Assembly: GCA_963761655.1 (NCBI GenBank) | Contig: CAVXHI010000011.1 | Location: 412,588 to 476,587 of the forward strand | DNA length: 64,000 bases | Source of the DNA: an uncultured Actinomycetota bacterium | GTDB taxonomy: Bacteria > Actinomycetota > Actinomycetes > Mycobacteriales > SCTD01 | Direction of reading: 5' to 3' | Shown: in pieces, positions 56,250 to 64,000 of the stretch | How the letters are laid out: every line of letters begins with the position of its first letter | How positions within the stretch are numbered: position 1 is the first letter of the stretch | Program-made: the position numbers and the translations under genes | The notes under the pieces: model-generated | The model's input: the letters and a program-made list of their open reading frames with translations, nothing else | Told to the model about the DNA's origin: nothing | Database searches by the model: none

Positions 56250-57161
56250 TCAGTGGCGGCGGTGGTCCTGGACGGTCATCCGCGGGCCGAACCGGGGCTT
56301 GCGGAACCCCGAGGCGCTGATCAGCAGGCAGACCCGGTGCCGGTGCGGCCGCCAGTCCTCGAGCAGCGCGACCATGCCGTCGTCGTCGAGCGGACGCCCG
56401 AGCAGGGCCCACCCCACGGACGCCGCCAGGTGGTAGTCGCCCACGCTGATCGCGTCGGCGTCGCCGAGGGCCCGCTGGGCGACCTCGGCGTACGTCCACA
56501 GCCCGACGCCAGGGACGGCCCGCAGCCGTCGCTCGGCGTCGGCGGGCGGCATCCCCACGCACTCCTCGAGCCGGTGCGCGACCTGCGCGCAGGCCAGCGC
56601 GGTGCGCATCCGCTTCGGGTCGACGCCGGCCCGGTGCCACTCCCACGACGGGACGAGCCGCCAGGTCGCGGCGTCGGGCGGGACCGCCATGCCCTCGGGC
56701 GCGGGGCCGGGGGCGGGCGCACCGAAGCGCAGCACCAGGGTCCGGTGCGCCGCGAAGGCCTCCTTGCCGGTGACCTTCTGCTCGAGCACCGCCGGCATCA
56801 GCGCCTCCAGCACGCGTCCGGAGCGCGGCACCCGCACCCCGGGGTGCCGGGCGTGCGCGTCGACGAGCAGCGGGTGGCGGGGGTCGAAGTCGGCGCAGTC
56901 GTCGCGGGCACCGAGCAGGTCGGGCAGACCGGCCACGGCCTCCTCCGCGCCGGGGCCCCAGGCGTCCCCGTGGACCTCGTGCAGGCCGCGCTGCTCCAGC
57001 CGCACCGTCGCCGGGCCGGCCGGCATGCGCGTGGTCCGCCAGACGACGCCGTCGACGCGGCGGTACGTCGGGTCGCCCGTGCCGCGGCGCATCAGGCCGA
57101 GGGTCCGCCCGACGTCGACAGGCAGGCGTGGCCGCCAGACGGTCGCGCAGTCGGGGGCCAC
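56250..57161 (-). CDS. DNA-3-methyladenine glycosylase II family (AlkA-like, HhH-GPD)
   Basis: LEQKVTGKEA, HhH LRAVPGVGLWTYAEVAQRALGDADAISVGDYHL. Confidence 0.85.
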   Translation of the reverse strand: MAPDCATVWRPRLPVDVGRTLGLMRRGTGDPTYRRVDGVVWRTTRMPAGPATVRLEQRGLHEVHGDAWGPGAEEAVAGLPDLLGARDDCADFDPRHPLLVDAHARHPGVRVPRSGRVLEALMPAVLEQKVTGKEAFAAHRTLVLRFGAPAPGPAPEGMAVPPDAATWRLVPSWEWHRAGVDPKRMRTALACAQVAHRLEECVGMPPADAERRLRAVPGVGLWTYAEVAQRALGDADAISVGDYHLAASVGWALLGRPLDDDGMVALLEDWRPHRHRVCLLISASGFRKPRFGPRMTVQDHRRH

Positions 57162-57201
57162 CGCCCCAGGCTAGGTTCCGTCTCACCCCGAGGAGGCTCC
57201 G

Positions 57202-57951
57202 TTGGACAAGACCGTGCAGAGCGCCGCCGAGGCGGTGGCCGACATCGGCTCCGGCTCGTCCCTGGCCGTCGGCGGGTTCGGGCTGTGCGGGATCCCGGAG
57301 GCGCTGATCGAGGCGCTGCTCGAGACCGGCGTCGACGACCTGCGGACCGTCAGCAACAACTGCGGCGTCGACGCCTACGGCCTCGGCATGCTGCTCGGCG
57401 CGAAGCGGATCAGCCGCACCACCGGCAGCTACGTCGGGGAGAACAAGGAGTTCGAGCGGCAGTTCCTCGGCGGCGAGCTCGAGGTCGAGCTGGTCCCCCA
57501 GGGCACCCTCGCCGAGCGGCTGCGGGCCGGGGGCGCCGGCATCCCGGCGTTCTACACGCCCGCCGGCGTCGGCACCCAGGTCGCCGACGGCGGCCTGCCG
57601 CTGCGCTACGACGGCAGCGGCGGGATCGCCAAGGCCAGCGAGCCCAAGGAGGTGCGCGAGTTCGACGGCGTCCGCTACGTCCTCGAGCACGCGATCCGGA
57701 CCGACTTCGCCCTCGTCCACGCCCGCTACGGCGACCGCCACGGCAACCTCGTCTACGAGAAGACCGCCGCGAACTTCAACCCCCTGGCCGCGGCCGCCGG
57801 GCGCACCACGATCGCCCAGGTCGAGGAGCTGGTGGAGCCGGGCGAGCTCGACCCCGCCCTGGTCCACACGCCCGGCATCTTCGTGCAGCGCGTCGTGCAG
57901 GTGACTCCCGACAAGAAGATCGAGAAGAGGACCGTCCGTGCTGACGCGTGA
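57202..57951 (+). CDS. scoA: 3-oxoacid CoA-transferase subunit A
   Basis: TTG start behind [63 protein letters not shown]. Confidence 0.93.
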   Translation: MDKTVQSAAEAVADIGSGSSLAVGGFGLCGIPEALIEALLETGVDDLRTVSNNCGVDAYGLGMLLGAKRISRTTGSYVGENKEFERQFLGGELEVELVPQGTLAERLRAGGAGIPAFYTPAGVGTQVADGGLPLRYDGSGGIAKASEPKEVREFDGVRYVLEHAIRTDFALVHARYGDRHGNLVYEKTAANFNPLAAAAGRTTIAQVEELVEPGELDPALVHTPGIFVQRVVQVTPDKKIEKRTVRADA

Positions 57952-58561
57952 CCAGCTGGCCGCCCGCGTGGCGGCGGAGCTCACCGACGGGCAGTACGTC
58001 AACCTCGGCATCGGTCTGCCGACCCTCGTGCCCAACTTCGTGCCCGACGGCGTCCACGTCGTGCTGCACAGCGAGAACGGCGTGCTCGGTGTCGGGCCGT
58101 ACCCGACCGAGGACGCCGTCGACCCCGACCTCATCAACGCCGGCAAGGAGACCGTCACGGTCCTGCCCGGCGCGAGCTACTTCGACAGCGCGACGAGCTT
58201 CGGGATGATCCGCAGCGGGGCGGTCGACGTCGCGGTGCTCGGGGCGATGCAGATCAGCGAGGTCGGCGACCTCGCCAACTGGATGATCCCCGGGAAGATG
58301 GTCAAGGGGATGGGCGGCGCGATGGACCTCGTCCACGGCGCGAAGCGCGTGCTGGTGATGATGGAGCACGTCGCCAAGGGGGGCGCTCACAAGATCGTCG
58401 AGCGCTGCACCCTGCCGCTGACGGGCGAGCGCTGCGTCCAGCGCATCCTCACCGACCTCGCCGTGATCGACGTCGTCCCCGAGGGGCTCGTCCTGGTCGA
58501 GACGGCCCCCGGCGTCAGCCGCGACGACGTCCAGGCCGCCACCGGCGTCACGCTGCGGTGA
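57938..58561 (+). CDS. scoB: 3-oxoacid CoA-transferase subunit B
   Basis: VNLGIGLPT, catalytic-Glu box [17 protein letters not shown]. Confidence 0.93.
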   Translation: MLTRDQLAARVAAELTDGQYVNLGIGLPTLVPNFVPDGVHVVLHSENGVLGVGPYPTEDAVDPDLINAGKETVTVLPGASYFDSATSFGMIRSGAVDVAVLGAMQISEVGDLANWMIPGKMVKGMGGAMDLVHGAKRVLVMMEHVAKGGAHKIVERCTLPLTGERCVQRILTDLAVIDVVPEGLVLVETAPGVSRDDVQAATGVTLR

Positions 58562-58986
58562 TCCCCCGCCCCTCCCCGGGCGAGCTCGTCGTCGTCACCG
58601 CGGAGGAGGGCGGCGCCCTGCTGGGCGAGCTGGCCGCGGCCTGGCCCGACGCCGTCCTGCTCGAGGTGCCGCCCGGGAGCGAGTGGCGGCCGCACGACGT
58701 CGCCGGGCAGCTGGCCGACCCGGCCGACCTCGCCGCCCTCGGGATGCACGCCCCCGAGCGCGAGATGTGGACGCTGTCGGGCGGGGAGCGCCAACGGGTC
58801 CGGCTGGCCCGGGTCCTCGCCTCCCCCGGCCTGCTGCTCCTGGACGAGCCGACCGGGTACCTCGACGTCGTCGGGCGGCGCCTCGTGGTCGAGCGGCTCC
58901 GGGGGCGGACCGCCGTCGTCGTGGCGACGTCAGACGCGCTGCTGCAGGCCGCCGCCGACCTGGTGCTGACTGTCCTGCCGGAGTGA
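58558..58986 (+). CDS. Miniature degenerate ABC ATPase-like protein (no Walker A, no H-loop His)
   Basis: 142 aa with GTGA overlap. [15 protein letters not shown] signature and [12 protein letters not shown] Walker B are present. The P-loop position reads TAEEGGAL. Confidence 0.6.
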   Translation: MIPRPSPGELVVVTAEEGGALLGELAAAWPDAVLLEVPPGSEWRPHDVAGQLADPADLAALGMHAPEREMWTLSGGERQRVRLARVLASPGLLLLDEPTGYLDVVGRRLVVERLRGRTAVVVATSDALLQAAADLVLTVLPE

Positions 58987-59847
58987 CCACGCGAGGGTGA
59001 GCGCCTCCCCCGGGTCGAGGACGTCGGCCTCGCCGGTGTTGAGGGCGTCGACCGGGGCGGTGAGGGGCTCCACGGCGAGACCGCGCCGACGCCGGTCGGG
59101 GGCGAGGGTGTCCCCGGTGAAGACCTGCAGCCAGGGCGCGTCCGTCGTCATCACCGTGGTCCGGCCGCCGGCGCTGAGCGAGACCTCGTGCGACGACCGG
59201 TCGGTGTAGGCGACGTCGAGGACGCGGTCGCCGAGCAGGACGGGCACGCGCAGGTCGTCGTCGCCGGACACCGGGACGCGCCCGGTGGGCAGGGACCGGT
59301 CGTCGACGGTGATCCGGGTGCCGGCCGGGGCGTGCAGGACGCAGCCGTCGACCAGGTCGCCCTCCGGCGGCGCGAGGTACGGGTGCATCCCGAGGGCGAC
59401 CGGGGCGGCACCGTCGACGGCCTGCGCCGACAGCAGGACGTGCAGCCCGGTCGTGGCGTCGACGCGGTACTCGACCGTGAGGTCGAGCCGGCAGGGGTAG
59501 CCCGGGTGCGGCTCGAGCCGGGTCGCCAGCAGGACCCGGTCCGCCGCCCTCTCCACGACGGACCACGCGGCCCAGCGGACCAGGCCGTGGCTGGCGTTGC
59601 CCTTGGACACCTCGTTCAGCGCCAGCTGGCAGCTCCTGCCCTGCCAGGACCACCTCCCGTCCCGGACCCGGTTCGGCCAGGGCGCGAGCACCTGCCCGCG
59701 GGCGCCGTCGGGCAGCGCGTCCACGGCGTACCCGTCGAGCAGCGGCCGGCCCTCGACGGTGGCCTCCCGCAGGCCTCCCCCGACCCCGACGGCGACCGCC
59801 CGGTAGGGGCCGGCCTCGATGACGTGCTGCTCGCCGCTGGGCTCCAT
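58930..59847 (-). CDS. Aldose 1-epimerase family protein
   Basis: 305 aa. LAPWPNRVRDGRW, HGLVR, GMHPYL, LAVEP patterns. The 3' end overlaps the convergent ABC-like ORF by 57 nt. Confidence 0.85.
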   Translation of the reverse strand: MEPSGEQHVIEAGPYRAVAVGVGGGLREATVEGRPLLDGYAVDALPDGARGQVLAPWPNRVRDGRWSWQGRSCQLALNEVSKGNASHGLVRWAAWSVVERAADRVLLATRLEPHPGYPCRLDLTVEYRVDATTGLHVLLSAQAVDGAAPVALGMHPYLAPPEGDLVDGCVLHAPAGTRITVDDRSLPTGRVPVSGDDDLRVPVLLGDRVLDVAYTDRSSHEVSLSAGGRTTVMTTDAPWLQVFTGDTLAPDRRRRGLAVEPLTAPVDALNTGEADVLDPGEALTLAWSLRQDSQHQVGGGLQQRV

Positions 59848-59864
59848 CCTGCGACTATCTCCCG

Positions 59865-60512
59865 GTGGTCCCTCCCCGCTTCCTCCAGGGGCTGCGCGAC
59901 GGCGTCCCGTTCGCCGCTGCCTCCTTCCTGCTCTCGTTCTCCTTCGGGGCGGTCGCCACGGCGGCGGGCGTCCCCCCGCTGGCCGCCGTCGTCATGTCCG
60001 CCGTCGTCTACGCCGGCTCGGCCCAGTTCGCGTCCATCGGCGTGCTGGCGGCCGGCGGCGGCGTCGGGGCGGCGGTCCTCGCGGCCGCGCTGATGAACTC
60101 GCGCTTCCTGGCCATGGGGGTCGCCCTCGGGCCGTCCCTGCCGGGCGGCCGGGCGCGGCGGGCCCTGCAGGGCCAGGCGGTCGTCGACAGCAGCTGGGCG
60201 CTCGCGGCCCGCGGGGACGGCACCTTCGACCGCACCTGGATGTTCGGCCACAGCGCCGCCCAGTACGTCTGCTGGGTCGCCGGGACCGGTCTCGCCGTCG
60301 TCGGCATCGGGGTCGACGCGCAGGCGCTCGGCCTCGACGCCGTCTTCCCGACCTTCTTCCTCGCCCTGCTGCTCGGCGAGCTGCGCGAGCGGTCACGGGT
60401 CGGGCTGGCGCTGGCGGGGGCCGGCCTCGCCCTCGCCCTGGTGCCGGTCTCGCCCCCCGGGGTGCCCGTCCTGGCCGCCTCCGCGGTCGCCCTCGTCGGG
60501 CTGCGCCGGTGA
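59865..60512 (+). CDS. azlC: AzlC-family branched-chain amino acid exporter subunit
   Basis: VYAGSAQFA, LMNSRFLAMG, several TM helices. Confidence 0.88.
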   Translation: MVPPRFLQGLRDGVPFAAASFLLSFSFGAVATAAGVPPLAAVVMSAVVYAGSAQFASIGVLAAGGGVGAAVLAAALMNSRFLAMGVALGPSLPGGRARRALQGQAVVDSSWALAARGDGTFDRTWMFGHSAAQYVCWVAGTGLAVVGIGVDAQALGLDAVFPTFFLALLLGELRERSRVGLALAGAGLALALVPVSPPGVPVLAASAVALVGLRR

Positions 60513-60835
60513 CCCGGCTCTGGCTGACCATCGGCCTGGTCGCCGCGGTCACCTTCGTCATCAAGGGCTTCGGGCCGGCCGTCTTCGGGCCCTCCTCCGA
60601 GGGCGGCGGCCTGCCCGCGCCGCTGGCCCGCGTCGTCCTGCTGCTGGCGCCGCCGCTGCTGGCCGCCCTCGTCGTCACGAACGCCCTCGCCGACGGCGAC
60701 CGCCTGCACGCCGGGGCCGACACCCTCGGCGTGACCGTGGCGGGCCTGCTGGTCTGGCGCGGGCTCACCGTCCTGCCCGCGGTGGTCGTCGCCGCGACCG
60801 TCACCGCCCTGGCCCGGCTGGCCGGGCTGTCCTAG
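60509..60835 (+). CDS. azlD: AzlD-family small membrane subunit
   Basis: 108 aa from GTG 60509 (GTGA overlap). 3-4 TM helices. Confidence 0.8.
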   Translation: MTRLWLTIGLVAAVTFVIKGFGPAVFGPSSEGGGLPAPLARVVLLLAPPLLAALVVTNALADGDRLHAGADTLGVTVAGLLVWRGLTVLPAVVVAATVTALARLAGLS

Positions 60836-60845
60836 GTTCGCCGCC

Positions 60846-61250
60846 ATGGCCTCCCTCGACGACCCCGGCGTGCAGCTGCTCCTCACCGAGCAGGTCAACC
60901 ACGCGGTGATCAGCACCTTCGACGCCGACGGCAGCGTGCACAGCGCCGTCGTGTGGGTCGACCTGGTCGACGGCAGGGTCGCGGTCAACAGCGCGGTCGG
61001 GCGTCGCTGGCCGACCAACCTCGAGCGCGACCCCCGGTTGACGGTCCTCGTCTACGACGAGAAGAACCCGTACGACTACGTCGAGGTCAAGGGCAGCGTC
61101 ACGTCGACGACCGAGGGCGCGGACGCGCACATCGACCGGCTGGCGCAGAAGTACCTCGGCGTCGACAGCTACCCGTTCCGCACGGACGGGGAGCAGCGGA
61201 TCACCTTCCTGCTCGAGCCGACCCGGGTGCGTCACCAGAAGCAGGGCTAG
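60846..61250 (+). CDS. PPOX-class (pyridoxamine 5'-phosphate oxidase-like) probable F420-dependent oxidoreductase
   Basis: 134 aa. NHAVISTFDADGSVHSAVVWVDL...NLERDPRLTVLV...YVEVKGSV....HIDRLAQKYLG. Confidence 0.8.
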   Translation: MASLDDPGVQLLLTEQVNHAVISTFDADGSVHSAVVWVDLVDGRVAVNSAVGRRWPTNLERDPRLTVLVYDEKNPYDYVEVKGSVTSTTEGADAHIDRLAQKYLGVDSYPFRTDGEQRITFLLEPTRVRHQKQG

Positions 61251-61966
61251 TGGCCCAGCGTGCGTTCTCGCTGCTGTTCTGGGGCTTCGTCGTCCTGTCC
61301 AGCGTCCTGCTGTTCCCGCTGGCTCTGCTGCTCTGGGCGGTCACCCGCCCGGTCGACCCCCGCACCCGGCTGCTGCACCGCTTCACCTGCTGGTGGGCCT
61401 CGCTCTACACCTGGCTGAACCCGTGGTGGACCGTCACGGTCTCCGGCCGCGAGCGCCTCCCGGACGGGCCGTGCGTCATCGTCGCGAACCACCTGTCGCT
61501 GCTGGACATCCTCGTGCTGTTCCGCCTGGCGGCCCCCTTCGTGTGGGTCAGCAAGGCGGAGAACTTCCGTGTGCCGTTCGTCGGCTGGAACATGACGCTC
61601 AACGGCTACGTCCCGCTCAAGCGCGGCGACCGGGAGAGCGTCCTGACGATGCTCACCGCGTGCGAGCGCGTGCTGCGGGCAGGCACGCCCGTGATGATGT
61701 TCCCGGAGGGCACCCGCTCCCACGACGGCCTGCTGCGGCCGTTCAAGGCCGGCGCCTTCGACCTCGCCGTCCGGCTGGACGTCCCCGTGGTGCCGGTCGT
61801 CGTGCAGGGCACCGGCGACGCGCTGCCCAAGCGCGGCTTCGTCCTGCGCGGCCGGCACGGGATCAGCCTCAGCGTCCTCGACCCGGTCGCGCCGCAGCCG
61901 GGCGAGACCGCGGACGAGCTGACGGCCCGGGTGCGCGCGCTGTTCGCCGAGCGCGTCCCCGCCTAG
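61250..61966 (+). CDS. 1-acyl-sn-glycerol-3-phosphate acyltransferase family protein
   Basis: GTG 61250 shares 1 nt with the upstream TAG. HxxxxD (VANHLSLLD) and FPEGTRS motifs. Confidence 0.88.
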   Translation: MAQRAFSLLFWGFVVLSSVLLFPLALLLWAVTRPVDPRTRLLHRFTCWWASLYTWLNPWWTVTVSGRERLPDGPCVIVANHLSLLDILVLFRLAAPFVWVSKAENFRVPFVGWNMTLNGYVPLKRGDRESVLTMLTACERVLRAGTPVMMFPEGTRSHDGLLRPFKAGAFDLAVRLDVPVVPVVVQGTGDALPKRGFVLRGRHGISLSVLDPVAPQPGETADELTARVRALFAERVPA

Positions 61967-62214
61967 CGCCGGCGGACGCCGGCCCGGACGTAGAGCCCGG
62001 CCAGCACCACGCCGTACGCCGCGTTGACGACGACCCCGCCCTTGTCACCGCGCAGGGCCCAGCCGGTGACGATGAGCGCCACCCCCGTCTCCTGGACGGC
62101 GAACAGCCGGTGGTCGCGCCTGTTCCACATCCGCTTGAACAGCGGCGGGTACAGCGTGAACGGGCCGGCGAGGACGTAGCCGACGAGGGCGAGGGAGTCT
62201 CCGGGCTGCTGCAC
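61963..62214 (-). CDS. Possible 83-aa small membrane protein
   Basis: GTG 62214. LALVGYVLAGPFTLYPPLF and GVALIVTGWAL helices. The rest of the 301-aa track ORF is a shadow of manC. Confidence 0.45.
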   Translation of the reverse strand: MQQPGDSLALVGYVLAGPFTLYPPLFKRMWNRRDHRLFAVQETGVALIVTGWALRGDKGGVVVNAAYGVVLAGLYVRAGVRRR

Positions 62215-62266
62215 GCCCGCACTCTGCCCCCTCCCGGCGGTCCGCGCTGCGCCCGGGGGTCTCGCC

Positions 62267-63352
62267 CTAGGCGAGCTCCGGCGCCTGCTCCTGCACGAGG
62301 GCGTGCAGCTCCTTGACCCGCTGGGCGTCGTCGGCGGGCATGACGAGCGTGGCCTCGGGCGTGTGCACCACCACGAGCCCCTCGCAGCCGACCAGCGTGA
62401 CGAGGTGGTCGGGGTCGGAGGAGGCGACGACGCAGTCGCGGCTGGCGTGCAGGACGGCCCGACCCGCCCCGACGGCGTTGCCCAGCTCGTCGCGCCCGAG
62501 CGCCTCGCCGTACGCCGGCCAGCTCCCGACGTCGAGCCACCGGGCCGCCAGCGGCAGGGCGACGACGGTGAACAGCGGCGACGTCGAGGCCGGCTCCATG
62601 ACGCCGTAGTCGACGGACAGCTTGGCCACCGTCGGCCAGGAGGCGGCGGCCAGCGGGTCCCACCGCGGGGTGCCGTACGCCTGGCCCATGGCCCGCAGGA
62701 CGAGGCCGGCGTGCGGACTGAACTCGTCGACGGCCCGCAGCAGGGTGTCGGCCCGCCAGACGAACATCCCGGAGTTCCACAGGTACCGCGACGGCCCGGC
62801 CGCGAGGTACTCGGCCGCCCGGGACTTGGTGGGCTTCTCGACGAACCTCCCCACCACGTGCCCCGCACCGAGCGCGTCCCCGAGCTCGAGGTACCCGAAG
62901 CCGGTGGCGGGGGCGTCCGGGACGACGCCGAAGGTCACGAGGGCGTCGTCGCGCTGCTCGGCCAGGGCGAACGCGGAATCGAGGGTCTGCGCGAACGAGT
63001 CGAGCGGGTCGATGATGTGGTCGGCGGTCAGCACCGCGACGACGGCGTCGGGGTCCTGCGCGGCGATGACGGCGCAGCCGAGGGCGACGGCGGGCAGGGT
63101 GTCGCGGCCGGACGGCTCGACGACCAGGCGGTCGGCCTGCAGGCCCTCGACCTTCTCCACGGCGCTCCGCAGCTGCTCCCCGGCGCCCAGCCAGACCCGC
63201 TCGGCCGGGACGCAGGAGGTGGCCCGCTCCACGGCGACGTCGAGCAGCGACTTGCCGCCGAGCAGCGGGACCAGCTGCTTGGGCAGGGCCGCCGTCGAGT
63301 AGGGCCACAGGCGGGTGCCGGACCCGCCGGCCAGGATCAGGGCGTGCCGCAT
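62267..63352 (-). CDS. manC: Mannose-1-phosphate guanylyltransferase
   Basis: LILAGGSGTRLWP, EPSGRDT, FVEKP, NSGMFVW. Confidence 0.93.
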   Translation of the reverse strand: MRHALILAGGSGTRLWPYSTAALPKQLVPLLGGKSLLDVAVERATSCVPAERVWLGAGEQLRSAVEKVEGLQADRLVVEPSGRDTLPAVALGCAVIAAQDPDAVVAVLTADHIIDPLDSFAQTLDSAFALAEQRDDALVTFGVVPDAPATGFGYLELGDALGAGHVVGRFVEKPTKSRAAEYLAAGPSRYLWNSGMFVWRADTLLRAVDEFSPHAGLVLRAMGQAYGTPRWDPLAAASWPTVAKLSVDYGVMEPASTSPLFTVVALPLAARWLDVGSWPAYGEALGRDELGNAVGAGRAVLHASRDCVVASSDPDHLVTLVGCEGLVVVHTPEATLVMPADDAQRVKELHALVQEQAPELA

Positions 63353-63353
63353 C

Positions 63354-64000
63354 TCAGGTCTCCTCGAGCAGGCTGGCGGGGCGGGTGGGGGCGGCGCCCT
63401 CCCCGACGGAGCGGACCCGGCGGGCCAGCAGGTAGCGGGCCAGCAGACCGGCGGCGAGCACCCCGCGGACGGGGGCCTGGGCCGGCCGGCCGTACTGGCG
63501 GGACAGGTAGCGGTAGAGCGCGCGGTGGTGCTCGGCCAGCATCGGTCCGGCCGAGCGGCGGGTCGCGTGCCCGCCGGTGTGCGTGACGACCGAGCCCGGG
63601 ACGTAGACGTTGCTCCAGCCGTCCTCGCCGAGCCGGCGGCACAGGTCCATGTCCTCGCAGTACATGAAGTAGCTCGGGTCGAAGCCGCCGACGGCCTCGA
63701 ACGCGGGCCGGCGCAGCAGCATGCACGAGCCGCTCAGCCAGCCCGTCGTGCCCTCCTCGGGCCGCCCGGCCTCAGCCCGGTAGGAGCGGGTCCAGGGGTT
63801 GCCCGGCCAGAACGGCCCGAGCAGGGCGTGGCCCGTGCCGCGGCCGAGCGACGGGAAGGCCCGGGCGCTCGGGTACAGCTGCCCGTCGCTGGTCCGGATG
63901 GCCGGCCCGAGGCAGCCCGCGGCGGGCCAGCGGCCGGCGGCGTCGAGCATCAGGTCGAGGCTGGAGGGCGTCCACTCGACGTCGGGGTTCGCCACGACGA
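63354..64000 (-). CDS. wbbL: Family 2 glycosyltransferase, WbbL-like rhamnosyltransferase (N-terminus outside window)
   Basis: GSCMLLRRPAFEAVGGFDPSYFMYCEDMDLCRRL. The frame stays open to the window edge. Confidence 0.85.
   Translation of the reverse strand, partial: VVANPDVEWTPSSLDLMLDAAGRWPAAGCLGPAIRTSDGQLYPSARAFPSLGRGTGHALLGPFWPGNPWTRSYRAEAGRPEEGTTGWLSGSCMLLRRPAFEAVGGFDPSYFMYCEDMDLCRRLGEDGWSNVYVPGSVVTHTGGHATRRSAGPMLAEHHRALYRYLSRQYGRPAQAPVRGVLAAGLLARYLLARRVRSVGEGAAPTRPASLLEET

Overview
High-GC (about 73-75%) actinobacterial chromosome segment, Micrococcales/Cellulomonas-like by composition. No rRNA, tRNA, CRISPR array, integrase or transposase was recognised. About 70 protein genes are supported. 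Most six-frame ORFs in the track are Arg/Pro/Gly-rich shadow frames of the real genes.

The backbone is colinear with the conserved actinobacterial neighbourhood known from M. tuberculosis Rv3241c-Rv3265c. In order: hpf, comF, lpqB, mtrB, mtrA, then sahH/ahcY, then a SIS isomerase, pmmA/manB, DUF3499, a zincin-like protein and whiB2-type whiB, then fbiA-fbiB, then manC-wbbL.

Accessory or less-understood blocks interrupt this backbone:
1. A csoR / copZ-X-copA copper module with a strong candidate operator.
2. A 485-nt noncoding spacer with a duplicated hairpin element showing a compensatory base-pair change.
3. A tightly coupled operon of membrane protein, DUF4129, DUF4350, MoxR, DUF58, GNAT and serine hydrolase, followed by a SpoIIM-like/RDD pair.
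4. An ECF sigma factor with a 510-aa membrane partner.
5. A second, divergent S-adenosylhomocysteinase-like gene that lacks the catalytic Lys/Asp equivalents and is coupled to an unknown protein.
6. Two Ala/Glu-rich coiled-coil proteins.
7. A six-gene cassette at 29.8-34.5 kb: membrane protein, EspC/WXG-like helical protein, T7SS-signal-like 3-TM protein, two acidic proteins and an HNH nuclease. This is my best candidate for an undescribed system.
8. A DUF222-HNH (REP13E12-like) insertion.
9. A 1010-aa coiled-coil protein with a basic tail, directly upstream of whiB.
10. An F420 cluster in which fbiC carries two compensating frameshifts.

Recurrent small-scale features are GTGA/ATGA start-stop overlaps, leaderless TANNNT-N6/7-start promoters (including two exactly 23-nt back-to-back divergent pairs), and two convergent gene pairs that share a CTAG as overlapping stop codons. 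Three apparent frameshifts in the window may reflect assembly error. All function calls come from motif reading by eye; no database search was run.
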